A DNA stretch of 64,000 nucleotides from Scenedesmus sp. PABB004 (taxonomy: Eukaryota), in contig JABVCE010000029.1 in assembly GCA_014905635.1 (NCBI GenBank), positions 310,001 to 374,000 of the forward strand, written 5' to 3'. Below the pieces are notes generated by a model, which saw only the letters and a program-made list of their open reading frames with translations, was not told where the DNA came from and ran no database searches. Of this stretch, positions 23,217-35,050 are shown in pieces. The translations under genes were made by a program, and so were the position numbers. How positions within the stretch are numbered: position 1 is the stretch's first letter; each line of letters opens with the position of its first letter.

Positions 23217-25490
23217 AGCCACCGCCGCCGCCAGCGGTCGCCGCCCGACCCTCCAGCGCTGCCCTAACACTGTGACCGGAGCTGTCCAGCAGCTCCGCAC
23301 ACTGCCGGCCGGCCGCCGCGCGCGCGACGGCCCGGGAGGTCAGCGCGCCGCCCGAACCCCTTCGGCCCTGGCCCGGCTGCGCCCCGGCGCGCCGCCGCCT
23401 CCGCCGCAGGCCCGCCCCCGCCCGGTCCTCACGCCCTCGCCGCAGGGCTCACCGCATCACGGCGAGCGGCCCCCGGCCCCCGGCTGTCTGTGCCGCCGCC
23501 GCCGCTCCGCGCCCGATGCTGCTCGCCCGCGCCACCGCCGCGCCCCTGGCGGCCCGCCACCATGGTTGTGGGACTGTTTCGATCCCGCCACGGCCGGTGC
23601 CGGCGCGCCTGGGCCGCCGGGCGCTGAGCTGCGGTGGGTGCTGCGCCGCGCAGCCATCACCGGGCCCCCAGCACGCGTGCGGCGCGCGGGCCAGCCCGGC
23701 AGCGCGGCTGCGGGCGATTGCAAGCACATCGATTCCAGATGGGCGCTCGCAGACCCGGACGCGCGCCCGGCAGCATGCTGGCCGCCCGGCAGCGCACGCC
23801 GCTGCTGCCGCCTGGGCCGCGCCGCCCTCGCCTCACCCCACTGCGCCTGCTGCGTCTGCCCTGCGGCACACGCAGAGGCGGCGGCGCCTCGGCGCGGCGG
23901 CAGCGGCGGCGGTCGTGGCGGCGGCAGGGGCAGCGGGCGGCAGGCGCGGGAGCGCATCGACGCCAGGGAGGCGCCGCAGAGCACGGTGCGGCGCCGCTGA
24001 CTGCAGCGAGCCGGGCGCTCACAGGGCTGTGGACAGGGCACGAACCTCTGTCCGCGCCACAGGCCTCGGCGCTGGCCAAGACCATCACCGTCATGATCCG
24101 CGACGCTGAGGGCCTGCCGGAACTGGAGAGCGTGCTGCAGGAGTGGGGCGGCAGCTTTGACGCCATCCACGCGGCAGCGGCCTTCACCAAGGCGGCCAAG
24201 CTGGCGGGACGGCGGCCGGCAGATGTCAGGGCCCTGCTGGCGCGGCTGGCGCCGCTTTGGGACGCGCTGGAGCCTGGGTGGACGATGCAGGGCATGGCCA
24301 ACGTGCTGTGGGCGGCCGGCAAGGTGGGCTGCGCTGACGACCGCCTGTGGAGCGGCACGCTGGCGGCATACCTGGAACACGTGGCGGCTGAGGAGCACGG
24401 CCAGCACCTCACCAATGCCGTGTACGGCCTGTCGGCGGTCGCCGCTGGCAACAAGGGCGCCGTGCCGGGCGTGCCGCGGCAGGAGCTGGAGGCGGCGGTG
24501 GCAGCGCTGGTGGAGCGGCTGTGGATCCTGGCGACCAGCCCTGACGGCGTTCAGTCGCATCACACCTCTAACGCCCTGTACGGCTGCGCCAGGCTGCGGC
24601 TCAACCCGGGCGACGCCCAGGTGTCTGGCCTGCTGCAGGCGCTCGCACGGCCGGCCATGTTGGGGCGTGCGAAGCCCCAGGAACTGGCCAACGTGCTGTG
24701 GGCGGCGAGCGAGCTGCAGCTGCGTTGCGGCTGGCAGCCGGCAGTCAGGGAAGCGGCCTGGCGGCAGCTGCTGGGCGAGGCTGGCTTGGAGCGTGTGGCG
24801 GACAAGGGCGACCCTCAAGGGGCAGCCAACGCCGCCCTTGCACTGGCGCGGCTGGCGACGGCGGAGCCGCCGGCCATCGACCGCGAGCTGGCGACAGAGG
24901 GCGTGCAACGGTTGCTGGAGGGCGCGGTGGGACAGCAGCTGGGAGGCTGGGATGCACAGAATGTTGCAAACGTCATGTGGGTGTGCGCCAGACTGGGCTT
25001 GCGTGGGCAGGGCTTTCTGCAGTGCGCGGCAGACGCGGCGCCGGGCTGGCTGCCTGGCGCGGTTGCGCCAAACCTCAACCAAGCTGCCTGGGCGTGCGCC
25101 ATGCTGCGCTTTGAGCACCCCCAGCTGCTGGCGGCGCTGGTGGCGCGCGCGCGGCAGTTGCTGGCGCCGGGCGAGAGCCGCAGGCGGCTGACCCAGAGCA
25201 ATGCTGCTGGGCTCGTGTCAACTGTGGGCTGGGCCGTGGCGGTGCTGGACCAGGCGCAGCTGGCAGAGGGCGCGCGGGGCTTGGTCGTGGCGAGCGGGGC
25301 GCAGCGTCTGGGCGCCAAGCTGCACCCCGCTCACGGCGAGCGGCTGTGGGTGCTGCACGCCTGGCTGCTGCGCCGCGGCCTGCTGGACGGCCGCGGCCTG
25401 GCGGGCGCGCTGAGCGCCGCCCAGCTGGCCGCGTGCGAGGCAGCAGTGCGCAGCGACCCCGCCGTGCCGCTGCCGGGCGGCGAGTGAGTG
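23217..25490 (+). repeat. Dispersed ~2.3 kb duplication (upstream region plus OPR-like gene); homologous to 31057-33415 (-) and 62693-64000 (+)
   Basis: Shared non-coding blocks such as gccagcggtcgcc...gaccctccagcgctgccc and similar intron sequences. Confidence 0.9.
23516..25487 (+). CDS. OPR-like helical-repeat protein, copy 1 (exons 23516-23633, 23876-23985, 24063-25487); transit peptide-like start, no RAP domain seen
   Basis: Degenerate ~38-50 aa repeats (QGMANVLWAAGKVG, PQELANVLWAASEL, AQNVANVMWVCARLG). Both GT-AG introns keep frame. Confidence 0.75.
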
Positions 25491-25619
25491 GTCAAGGTTG
25501 GATGCACGAGGCGTTGCAACCGAGTCATCGCCACCCCGCCGCTCGACCCCCCGCTTGCTCCGCGTGCCGCAGCACTCGGCCGCTCACTCCTCTCAGCACG
25601 CGCTGCGCCAGCGCCCCGC

Positions 25620-28600
25620 TCAGCGCTGGTGGTGCCCCCCAGGCGGCGGCGCCCCCGCCTGCCGCGGCTGCTGCTGCCCCGCGCCGCCCCCGCCGCCCTG
25701 CTGCTCCAGCAGCTCCTGCAGCGACAGCGTCGAGCCGGGGCGGCTCGTGCTCGCGGCGCTGGCGCCGTCGCCGTCGCGGTGCGCCTGCTTGGACCAGAGC
25801 TCGGCGTAGAGCCCGCCCGCCGCGAGCAGCTCGCCGTGCGTGCCCGACTCCGTGACCACGCCCTCGCGCAGCACCACGATCAGGTCGGCGTCCGCGACCG
25901 TGCTCAGGCGGTGCGCGACGATGAAGGTCGTGCGCGCGCTGCGGCTGGCCGCGAGCGACGCCTGCGTTGGTCGCGGGCGGCGGGACGCGCGGCAGCGGCG
26001 AGTCGGCGCGGTGGCGGTGAGGCTGTGTCGCGGCGGCCGAGCCGGCGCCCAGGGCGGGGCGGCCGCGCAGGGGCGGCGCCGCGCCTGTATCTTTTTCTCT
26101 GTGATTGTGTCCAGCGCGCTCGTCGCCTCGTCGAGCACGAGAAGGGGCGGGTTCTTGAGCAGCGCCCTGCGCGTGGTCGGCGGCCGGTCGGCGGTCGGTC
26201 GGCGGTGCGCTGTGCGCGGGAGCAGGGGGCAGGCGGGGTGCGGGGTGCGTGCGGTGTGCGGTGTCCGCACCGCGCAAACGCGACGCGCTGCTTCTCGCCG
26301 CCCGACAGCCGCAGCCCGCGCTCGCCGACGACGGTGTCGTAGCCCTGCGAGCGCGGCGGCGGGCGGCCGCGGAGGGCGAGGCTGACGCGGCGGGCGCGGG
26401 GTCGCGCGCTCGCGCGTCGAGCGAGGCCGGCGGGCGCAGCCGCCACAGCGGCCAGCCGCGTGCGCGCCGCCGCGGCGCGCCTTGGGGAAGCGCGTGGTGA
26501 TGGGGTCGTGGATGCAGGCCGCGTCGGCGGCGGCCTCGACCTCGGCGTCGGTCGCGTCGTTGCGGCCGTAGCGGATGTTGTAGCGAATGGTGTCGTTGAA
26601 CAGCACGCAGTCCTGCATCAGGCGCAGAGAGTTGAGTGTGTGTGAGTGTGTTGAGTGATGAGCTGCCCCAGGGCGCGGGCCCTGGCCCGCAGCGCGGCGC
26701 GGCGCCGCCGCGCGCCCCGCGGCGCCGGCGGCGGCGCGCGCCTGCGGCACCATGCCGATCACGCGCCGCAGGCTGGCCTGGGTGATGGACCGCAGGTCCT
26801 GCCCGTCCACCAGGATCGCGCCGCCGCTGACGTCGAAGAACCTGCGGGGGCGCGGCCGGGGCGGGCGGGCGGGCGCATGAGCGGCGGCCGTGGAGGGGTG
26901 CGCAAGGAGGCCCAGCCCGGGTGCCGCCGACGCAGCCGCGCGCGCGCGCCTGAACAGCAGGCGCGTGAGCGTGGACTTGCCGCTGCCCGTGGCGCCGACG
27001 AACGCGACGGTGGAGCCGCCGGGGACGCTGAAGGACACCTGGCGGCGGCGGCGCCCGGGGAGGGGGGCGGGGTGAGTGGCCCTGGCCGCCTGCGCACGGC
27101 CTGCGCGTGCAGGCATTCGCCGCAAGACCCATCCGACCCTGCAGACGCCCCCCCCCCTCGGCCCCGACCACGCACCCCCTTGAGCACGCTCGCGCCCGGC
27201 TCGTAGCCGAACGAGACGTCCCGGAAATCCACCGACCCGCCGCGCAGCACGAGGTCGCGCGCGCCGGGCGCGTCGGTCACCTGCGCACGCGCCGCTAGGC
27301 GCGCCGGCGTGGGGCCGTGCGCGGGGCGGCGCGGCGCGCCGCGCGCCCCGCCGCCTGCGCCCCAGTGCCCCCCGGGAGCGGTGGGCTTGCAGCGGGCGCC
27401 ACGCGCCTTGCCGGGCGTGTCGAGGAGGCCCAGGAGGTTCTCCATGTCAATCATGTACTGCTGGATCACGCTGTGGCGCGGCGTGGTGTGACGTGGCGTG
27501 ATGAGGGAGGGTTCAGGGCGCGGCAGGGCTCAGACGCCGAGGCCGGGCGGCCCAGCGAGCGGGCGCCACCCTCCCGGCTCCCGCGCAAGCCACGCCACGC
27601 CGGGCTCACCGGTAGTAGGTGCCGAAGAAGTTGAGGGGCCCGTAGAGCTGCGCCATGAGCGTGAGGAAGAGCACCGTGTCGCCCACAGTCAGCGCGCCCT
27701 GTGGCAGCACCAGGTGGCACGGGATCAGAGTGTCAAGGGCAGGAAGCGAGGGCGGCGGGCAGCGGGCAGCGGGCGCAGGCGGCGGCGGCGGGCGGGCGGC
27801 GGCGTGCGGCGCGCCTTGGCGACGCCCGCGGTGCAGGCGAGCACGCCGGCGGAGATGCCTGCAAACATGATGCCGCTCTGGACCACGTTGAGGACGTTGA
27901 GGCTCGACAGGAAGCGGTACTCGGCAGACTGGGTTTAGGGGTTCGGGGCGGGGCAGCGTGGGGGCATCGGTCGGCCGCGGCACACGCCCACGACCCCGCC
28001 CACGCCCGCCCACACGCGCCCAACACGCGCACACGCCCCACACACCCTCTCACGCGCCCGCGCACCTGGTACTCGTCGATCGCCTCCCCGTAGCGTGCCT
28101 GCTCGAGGGGCTCGTTGGTGAAGTACTTGACCGTCTCCCAGTTGAGCAGCGCGTCGGTCACGCGCGCGCTGCGCGCGTTCTCGGTGCGGTTCATGTCGCG
28201 CCGGAACGTGCCGCGCCACTCTGCGGGGTTTAACGGGGCGGGCGCGCGGAGTTTTGGTGGGAGTGCGGGGCGCGGGGGCGGACAGAGACAGAGTGCGGCC
28301 GCAGCGTGCAGCACATAGCATGCAGCGCGCACAGCACGCGCAGCACGCACAGCACAGCGCGGCGCAGCGCACCCGTGACGATGATGGTGAGTGGGATGTA
28401 CGACCCGATCGTCACAAACACGATCAGCGCGACCCACGGCTCCAGCGCGCCCGCGAGGTACGTCGCCGCCGCGAGCATGTCCACGATCTGTGCGGCGCGC
28501 GGCACGGGCACAGGGCGGCGGCGGCGGCGGCGGCGGCGCAGGCTCGGGACGGCCGCGCATCGCGCGCCCTGCTGGCCTCACAGCCGCGCACTGTGAGTCT

Positions 28601-30674
28601 GCGTCCCGGGCGGGGCGCGCGCGTGCGGGGCGTGCCTGGGGCGCGATGGAGAAGAGGATGGTTGACAGCACGTTTTGGATGGCCGCGGTGCCGCGGTCGA
28701 CGACCTTGGTGACCTCCCCGGTCTTGCGTGAGAGGTGGAAGGAGAGGTCCAGGTCCAGCACGTGCCCAAAGACGGCGAGGCTCACGCGCCTGCGGCACGG
28801 CACGGCAGTGCGCGGGAGGCGGCACCCGTCAAGCTCAGCTCCAAGCGCCGTCCGAGTCCCTGCCCGCCGCGCGCGGCTGGAACATGCGAGAGGGGACCAC
28901 ATGCCCCGCACCGGTAGGCGTCCTGCGTGACTGGGATCCAGAGCCACTGGCGGAGGTTGTTCACAAAGCCCGTGATGCCACCGCCCGCGCCGCCCTGGAA
29001 GAAGATGGCGGCGAGGTAGAGCAGCTCCCTGCGTGGCCAGGGGCGACGGGGGGAAGGGGCGCAGGCGGGAGGCGCGAGGTGAGAAGTGGCATGTGTGCGG
29101 GCGGCGTGCAAGAGAGCTTGCACGGGCGGGCCGGCCGTCGCCGCGGCTGTGCAGCAGCCGGCCAGCCGCTGCGGCCGCCAAGGGCCCCGCCCGCAGTCAC
29201 ACGGCGCACCAGGGCTCCAGCAGCGTGAGGAAGCTCGGGCGCTCCCCCGGCGCGGCGCTCGTCGCGGCGGCGAGCTGGTCCACGAGGCGCTTGTAGGTGA
29301 TGGGCACCGCGAGGTTCAGCACGCGCATGATCACCAGCAGCAGCACGCACGCGAGCACGCGTGCCTGCAGCGCCGGCGCCGTCGGCCACGCGTACCTGCG
29401 CGCGGCAGCGGCGGCACGGCGTGGCGGCGCAGGCGGAGGGTGTGCGGCCGCGCCCTGGCTGCGCTGCCGACCCCCGCTGCTTTTTTTGGCGCCGCCTCCG
29501 TCCGCCGAGCCCGGTGCCAGCCCCCTGCCGCGCTCAATGCCGCACTTGCAGGCGTCCAGGAACAGCGTCGTCCAGGTGTGCCCGCCCTCGCCGCCCGCCG
29601 CGGCGGCAGCCTCGATGTCGCCCGGCAGCGCCGCGTAGCCGTCGCCGCGCGCGGCCGCCCGCGACTGCGCGCCGCGTTGCGGTGCGGCGCGGCCGGGCGT
29701 CAGCGGCGAGCCGCTGAGGGTCGCGCCGCCGGGCACGCTGAGCACGCGGTGCTGGCGCACGCGTCGCCGCGCCGCCGCGCCTGCTGGACCTCCATCGTCA
29801 GCACGAGCGCCGCGAGCGCTGCGGCCATCATGCAGGCCCAGATGTAGCTGCGCATGTAGGCGGGCGGGAAGAGCGAGCCGTCAAGGTACAGCACCATGCC
29901 GGCATACACGCTGCGGTTTAGGGAGGTTGAGGGCGGTTCAGGGCGGCGGCGGGGCAGGTCGGCCAGCGGCGGCGCAGGGCGGGGCGAGGAGCGGCGGCCG
30001 GGCGCGAGCGAGGAGTGCACACGCGCGCCAGGGGCCGGTCGGCGGGCCGGCAGCGGCGCCAGGCAGCAGGTGCGTGCCTGTATACGTAGAGGCCCAGCGC
30101 CGCGACGACGAGGGGGCGCAGCCAGCGCAGCGGCGCGTGCGCCCGCCGCGCGGCGCGGCCGGCGCTCGCGGCGGCGAGCGCCCAGACGCCCGCGAGCGCG
30201 GCGTGGTGCGCGGTGTGGAAGGGCAGGCCGGGGAGCAGGATCCAGGAGGCGAGCGTGAAGGCGGCGTGGATGAGCACGAGCAGACCCGCTGCGAGCAGCA
30301 GCGCCGTCTCGCGCCCGACCAGGCCGGGCTTCGCCGCCGGCGCGCGCGCCGCCCAGGCGCGGCTGGACGCGTCTGCGCGTTCGAGAGGGAGGCGGGGTGG
30401 GAGCGGGCGGGCCGCGGCGGCGGCGGCCGGCGGCGCGCGGCGCACGGCGCACGGCAGCAGCGGCGCCGCCGCTCGGAGGGCCGCGCCGGCGCGCGCGACC
30501 GCCGGCTGCCGGCGCCGCTGGTCTCAGCGCTCCTTCGTTCCCCCCTGACCACGCCCGCGCACCCTGGGCGACCGCCAGCGCCACGCCGACCGCGAGCAGG
30601 GCGCCTGACGAGATGGTCTCCGCCCAGCACGGGCTGAACGCCGCCCGGCCCGCATCGCCGCACCACGCGTCCAT
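25620..30674 (-). CDS. Half-size ABC transporter B family, HMT1/ABCB6-type (N-terminal hydrophobic extension, TMD, NBD)
   Basis: FHLSRKTGEV, DALLNWETVKYF, QLYGPLNFFGTYYR, Walker A GATGSGKST, LSGGEKQR, LVLDEATSALD, IVAHRLST. Confidence 0.9.
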
Positions 30675-31059
30675 GGCGGAGGCGGGGCTCAGGCCAGCGC
30701 CTCGATCAGGGCCCGCCCGGCAGCCGCGAGCGCGGCGGCGACGCTGTCGTGGGCAGCAGCGGCGCGAGGAGAGGCTGCGGCCGCGCGGCTGGGGCGGGCT
30801 CAGCGTGGAGCGCTGGCGTGAGGGGGCCGGCCGGGCACCGCGTCTGACGGGCCAGCGGCGGCGGCGCGCGGCGATGCGGGGGCGTTGCGAGGGCCTGTCA
30901 CGCGGCGGGGTTCGCGCGGCAGGGCCCAGCCGAGCACCGCTGCTGGCGGCCCGGCGCAGCCGCACGCCGGCGTGCACCGCTCCACCACCGCTGCAAGCGC
31001 CGGCCGCCGGCCCACACCACGCTGCGCCTCCCTCCAACCTCACACCACGCACGCACCGC

Positions 31060-33024
31060 TCACTCGCCGCCCGGCAGCACCGCGGCGGGGTCGCTGCGTG
31101 CCGCCGCTGCCTCGCAAGACGCCAGCTGGGCGGCACTCAGCGCGCCCGCCAGGCCGCGGCCGTCCAGCAGGCTGCGGCGCAGCAGCCAGGAGTGCAGCAC
31201 CCACAGCCGCTCGCCGTGAGCGGGGTGCAGCTTGGCGCCCAGCCGCTGCGCCCCGCTCACCACGACCAGCCCCCGCACGCCCTCCGCCAGCTGCGCCTGG
31301 TCCAGAACCGCCACGGCCCAGCATACTGTGGACGCAAGCCGTGCGTCCACAGCTTCTGCCAGGGGCACCCCCCTGCTGCCACCGCCCGGCACCAGCAGCT
31401 GCTGCGCACGCGCGACCAGCGCCGCCAGCAGCTGCGGGTGCTCAAAGCGCAGCGTGGCGCACGCCCAGGCAGCTTGGGTGAGATTTGGCGCAACCGCGCC
31501 AGGCAACCAACCCGGCGCCGAGTCCGCCGCGCGCTGCAGAAAGTTCTGCTCGCTCAGGCGCAGCTTGACGCACACCCACAGAGCGTTCGACACCGCCTGT
31601 GCGTCCCAGCCTCCCAGCTGCTGTGCCCCCGCGCCCTCCAGCAGCCGCTGCACGCCCTCGGTCGCCAGCTCGCGGCAGATGGCCGGCGGCTCCGCCGTCG
31701 CCAGCCGTGCCAGCGCAAGAGCGACACTGGCCACTTCTTGAGGGGTGCCGTCACCCTCCACGCGCTCCAGGCCCCCCTCGCCCAGCAGCTGCCGCCAGGC
31801 CGCCTCCCTGACCGCCGGCCGCCAGCCGCAGCGCAGCTGCAGCTTGCTCGCCGCCCACAGCGAGTTGCAAATGTGCTGAAGGTCGGTACGCTCCAGGGTG
31901 GCCGGCCGTGCGAGCGCCTGCAGCAGGCCCGACAGCTCGGCGTCGCCCGGGTTGAGCCGCAGCCTGGCGCAGCCGTACAGGGCGTTTGAGATGTCTTGAG
32001 GTTGCACGCCATCTGGACTGGTTGCAAGGATCCACAGCCGCTCCACCAGCGCTGCCACCGCCGCCTCCAGCTCCGGCCGCGGCACGCCGGGCACGGTGCC
32101 CTTGTGGGCAGCGGCGACCGCCGACAGGCCGTACACGGCGTTGGCAATGTCTTGACCGCTGGCCTGTCCAAGCGTGTCGAGGCATGCCGCCAGCGTACCG
32201 CTCCACAGGCGGTCGTCGGCATAGCCCACCTTGCCGGCCGCCCACAGCACGTTGGCCAAGCCCTGCATCGTCCAGCCAGGCTCCAGCGCGTCCCACAGCG
32301 GCGCCAGGCGTGCCAGCAGGGCCCTGACATCTGCCGGCCGCCGTCCCGCCAGCTTGGCCGCCTTGGTGAAGGCCGCTGCCGCGTGGATGGCGTCAAAGCT
32401 GCCGCCCCACTCCTGCAGCACGCCCTCCAGCTCCGGCAGGCTCTCAGCGTCGCGGATCATGATGGTGATGGTCTTGGTCAGCGCCGAGGCCTGTGCGGCG
32501 CGGACAGCAGGTTTGAGGCACAGCCCTGCGAGCGGCCGCGCCCAGCCCGCCGCAGTCTGAGCGCCGCACCGTGCTCTGCGGCGCCTCCCTGGCGTCGATG
32601 CTCTCGCGCCGGCCGCGCGCTGCTCCAGCCGCCGCCACGACCGCCGCCGCTGCCGCCACGCTTGGGCGCCGCGGCCTCTGCTTGTGCAGCATGGCAGACG
32701 CAGCAGGCGCAGTGGGGTGAGGCGAGGGCGGCGCGGCCCAGGCGGCAGCAGCAGCAGCGTGCGCTGGCGGGCGGCCAGCATGCTGCCGGGCGCGCGGCCG
32801 GGTCTGGAGCGCAGCACCACGGAAGCAAAGTGCTTCCAGTCGCCCGCAGGCGCGCTGCCGGGCTGGCCCGCGCGCCGCACGCGCGCAGGGGGGCCGCTGA
32901 TGGCTGCGCGGCGCAGCACCCACCGCGGCTCAGCGCCCGGCGGCGGCCGTGGCGGGATAGAAACAGTCCCATAACCATGGTGGCGGGCCGCCAGGGGCGC
33001 GGCGCTGGCGCGGGCGAGCAGCAT
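31060..33024 (-). CDS. OPR-like helical-repeat protein, copy 2 (5' exons carry small deletions; possible pseudogene or altered splicing)
   Basis: The 654-aa unspliced ORF has a main exon (32490-31060) nearly collinear with copy 1. Confidence 0.7.
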   Translation of the reverse strand: MLLARASAAPLAARHHGYGTVSIPPRPPPGAEPRWVLRRAAISGPPARVRRAGQPGSAPAGDWKHFASVVLRSRPGRAPGSMLAARQRTLLLLPPGPRRPRLTPLRLLRLPCCTSRGRGAQAWRQRRRSWRRLEQRAAGARASTPGRRRRARCGAQTAAGWARPLAGLCLKPAVRAAQASALTKTITIMIRDAESLPELEGVLQEWGGSFDAIHAAAAFTKAAKLAGRRPADVRALLARLAPLWDALEPGWTMQGLANVLWAAGKVGYADDRLWSGTLAACLDTLGQASGQDIANAVYGLSAVAAAHKGTVPGVPRPELEAAVAALVERLWILATSPDGVQPQDISNALYGCARLRLNPGDAELSGLLQALARPATLERTDLQHICNSLWAASKLQLRCGWRPAVREAAWRQLLGEGGLERVEGDGTPQEVASVALALARLATAEPPAICRELATEGVQRLLEGAGAQQLGGWDAQAVSNALWVCVKLRLSEQNFLQRAADSAPGWLPGAVAPNLTQAAWACATLRFEHPQLLAALVARAQQLLVPGGGSRGVPLAEAVDARLASTVCWAVAVLDQAQLAEGVRGLVVVSGAQRLGAKLHPAHGERLWVLHSWLLRRSLLDGRGLAGALSAAQLASCEAAAARSDPAAVLPGGE

Positions 33025-33466
33025 CGGGCGCGGAGCGGCGGCGGCACAGACAGCCGGGGGCGGGGGGCCAACGACGGCCGCTCGCCGTGATGTGGTGAGG
33101 CCTGCGGCGAGGGCGTGAGGACCGGGCGGGTCCAGGCCGGTCTGGCGGGACTGCCCCGGCGGCGGCGGCGCGCCGGGGCGCAGCGGGCCAGCGGGTTCGG
33201 GCGGCGCGCGCTGGCGCCCGGGCCGTTGCGCGCGCGGCGGCTGGCCGGCAGTGTGCGAAGCTGCTGGACAGCTCCTTTCACAGCGCTAGGGCAGCGCTGG
33301 AGGGTCGGGAGGCGACCGCTGGCGGCGGCGGTAGCTGAGGACCGAGCGCGCGCTGGTCGGCGGCGCAGCCGGCCGCTGGCTCTCTCGCCCTTGCACACGC
33401 TCGCTCACGCCTTAACCAACCGACTCCCAGTCATGCATAACGCCGTTCGGCTCACTGGCAGTGAGA

Positions 33467-35050
33467 CTACAGCCGGAGCAGGCACGCCGCGGCGGCCAGG
33501 AGGCAGGCCAGCAGCAGTCCGGCGCTGCCGCTCGCAGCACCCGCACTGTCAGGCACGGGCCGCGGCAGCGGCATGGCCGGCGGCGCCGGCGCCGACTCCA
33601 GCGCGGCCTCGGCCTCTGCGGCGGTCTGCGCCGCGCTCGCCTCCAGCTTGCCAGCCTCCAGCAGCGCATCCCACACGCCCACATCGGCCGCGTCCGCGGC
33701 GTCGCTGGCACCGACAGCGCCTGCGGCTGTCGGCGGGCGCGGCGGCGGTGGGGTGAGCTCGCACCCGACGCGGCTGGCGCGACGAGCGAGCGCCAGCAGC
33801 AGCGCACGCCCGCCGCGCTCACCGGCCGGCTCCGTGCCCTGGACCTCGGACGGCGCGTAGTCGGGCGCGGTGACGTCCGCCAGGCTGTACACGACCGCCG
33901 GCTGCGGCACGCCCGACACCCAGCCCTGCTGGTTGCCTGCCAGCGGCAGCAGTGGGCGTGGCGGCGCAGGGATCAAACGCCAGGTGTGAGCAAGCGCCCG
34001 GCCAGCAAGGTGCCATGCGTGTGCCGCAGCGGCGCCCGGTGCCGCCGCGCGCACCCTTCTCGAGCGGCGGCGTGGACATGAGCTTGCCGGGCGCGAGGTA
34101 CTTGAGCGTGCACGTCCCGTACGGCCACGCGCCGCCGGCGGTGCACGCGTGCGCGGGGTTGAGGCGGTCTGGCATGTCCTTGGGGCCGATGTTGCTGCGG
34201 CGCGGTTGCAGGGCAGGCAGGGGCGGCGCGGGCGGTGGTCGGCCGTGCCGCGTGCCGGCGGCGTGCCGAGCGGCGGCACTCGCGGCCGGCTGCTGCTCCC
34301 AGGCCTGCCGTGCAGCCCGTCCGCGCGCCCCGCTCACCCGGCAAAGGGGAAGACGCTCTTGGCAAAGTTGTGCGCCGCGGCGTCGCAGCCGGTGCCGCAG
34401 CCGAGGGCAGAGTTGCAGTAGGACCAGGCGTTGCAGCCGCGCGTCGCGGCGCACACGCGGCAGCACTCCGGCACGCTCAGCGCCTGCAGCGTGCACTCCG
34501 CGCCCTGCACTGCAAAGGCGTCCAGCGCGACGACCGCGTCGGCGGCGATGTTGCCCTGCACGGCGCCGCACGACGCCGCCGCGCAGCCGGCGTACGGCGG
34601 GCAGCCCTCGTCGGTGCAGCGCGGGTCGCCCGTGAAGGGCTCGGGGCAGGCGTAGTTGCGCAGGTTGGGCGGCGAGCAGGTCCACAGCGGCGGCGGCGCT
34701 GCGCGCGGCGGGCGGGGCGCGGCGCGGCGGGCGGCGACGCCGGCGTCAGCGCTGGCTGCTGCGCGCCCGCGCCGCCCCGCTGCCGCCGGCTCCGCGAGCC
34801 GACCGCGCGGCCTGGCTGCGACGCTTGCAGCTGCCAAAGCCTCCCCGAGCTGCTCTCAGGGCGTGCCGTGCGCGCCACGGGCTGGGCGGCCGCTCCGCGC
34901 CATCCCTCAACTGCCCCCGCGCACAGCGCCCGCCCGCCCTGGCTACTAGGCGCGCTGTTCCCGGCAACTCAGCCCCGCACCCTCCGCGGCGTGTGCGCAG
35001 CCCAGAGCGAGGCAGGTGAGGCCGAGCAGCACTACTTGCCGGGCGCCCAT
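33467..35050 (-). CDS. Secreted Cys-rich PAN/apple-like protein with hydrophobic (GPI-signal-like) C-terminus
   Basis: Signal peptide MGARQVVLLGLTCLALGCAHA, then ECCRVCAATRGCNAWSYC...GTCTLK...GWVSG. Ends SAGLLLACLLAAAACLLRL*. Confidence 0.65.

Noticed and set aside
23217..25490. Triplicated unit as an autonomous transposon
   Set aside because: No transposase, reverse transcriptase, TIR, LTR or TSD is visible. The ORF is a helical-repeat protein.
25479..25495. GTGAGT over the OPR-like stop as a donor leading to a RAP exon
   Set aside because: No room before the neighbouring ABC gene, and similarity between copies fades right after the stop.
27931..27945. TTTAGGG telomere-like motifs (also near 21885 and 29917)
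   Set aside because: Single units inside introns. Two sit near minus-strand acceptors as CTAAAC branch-point-like sequences.
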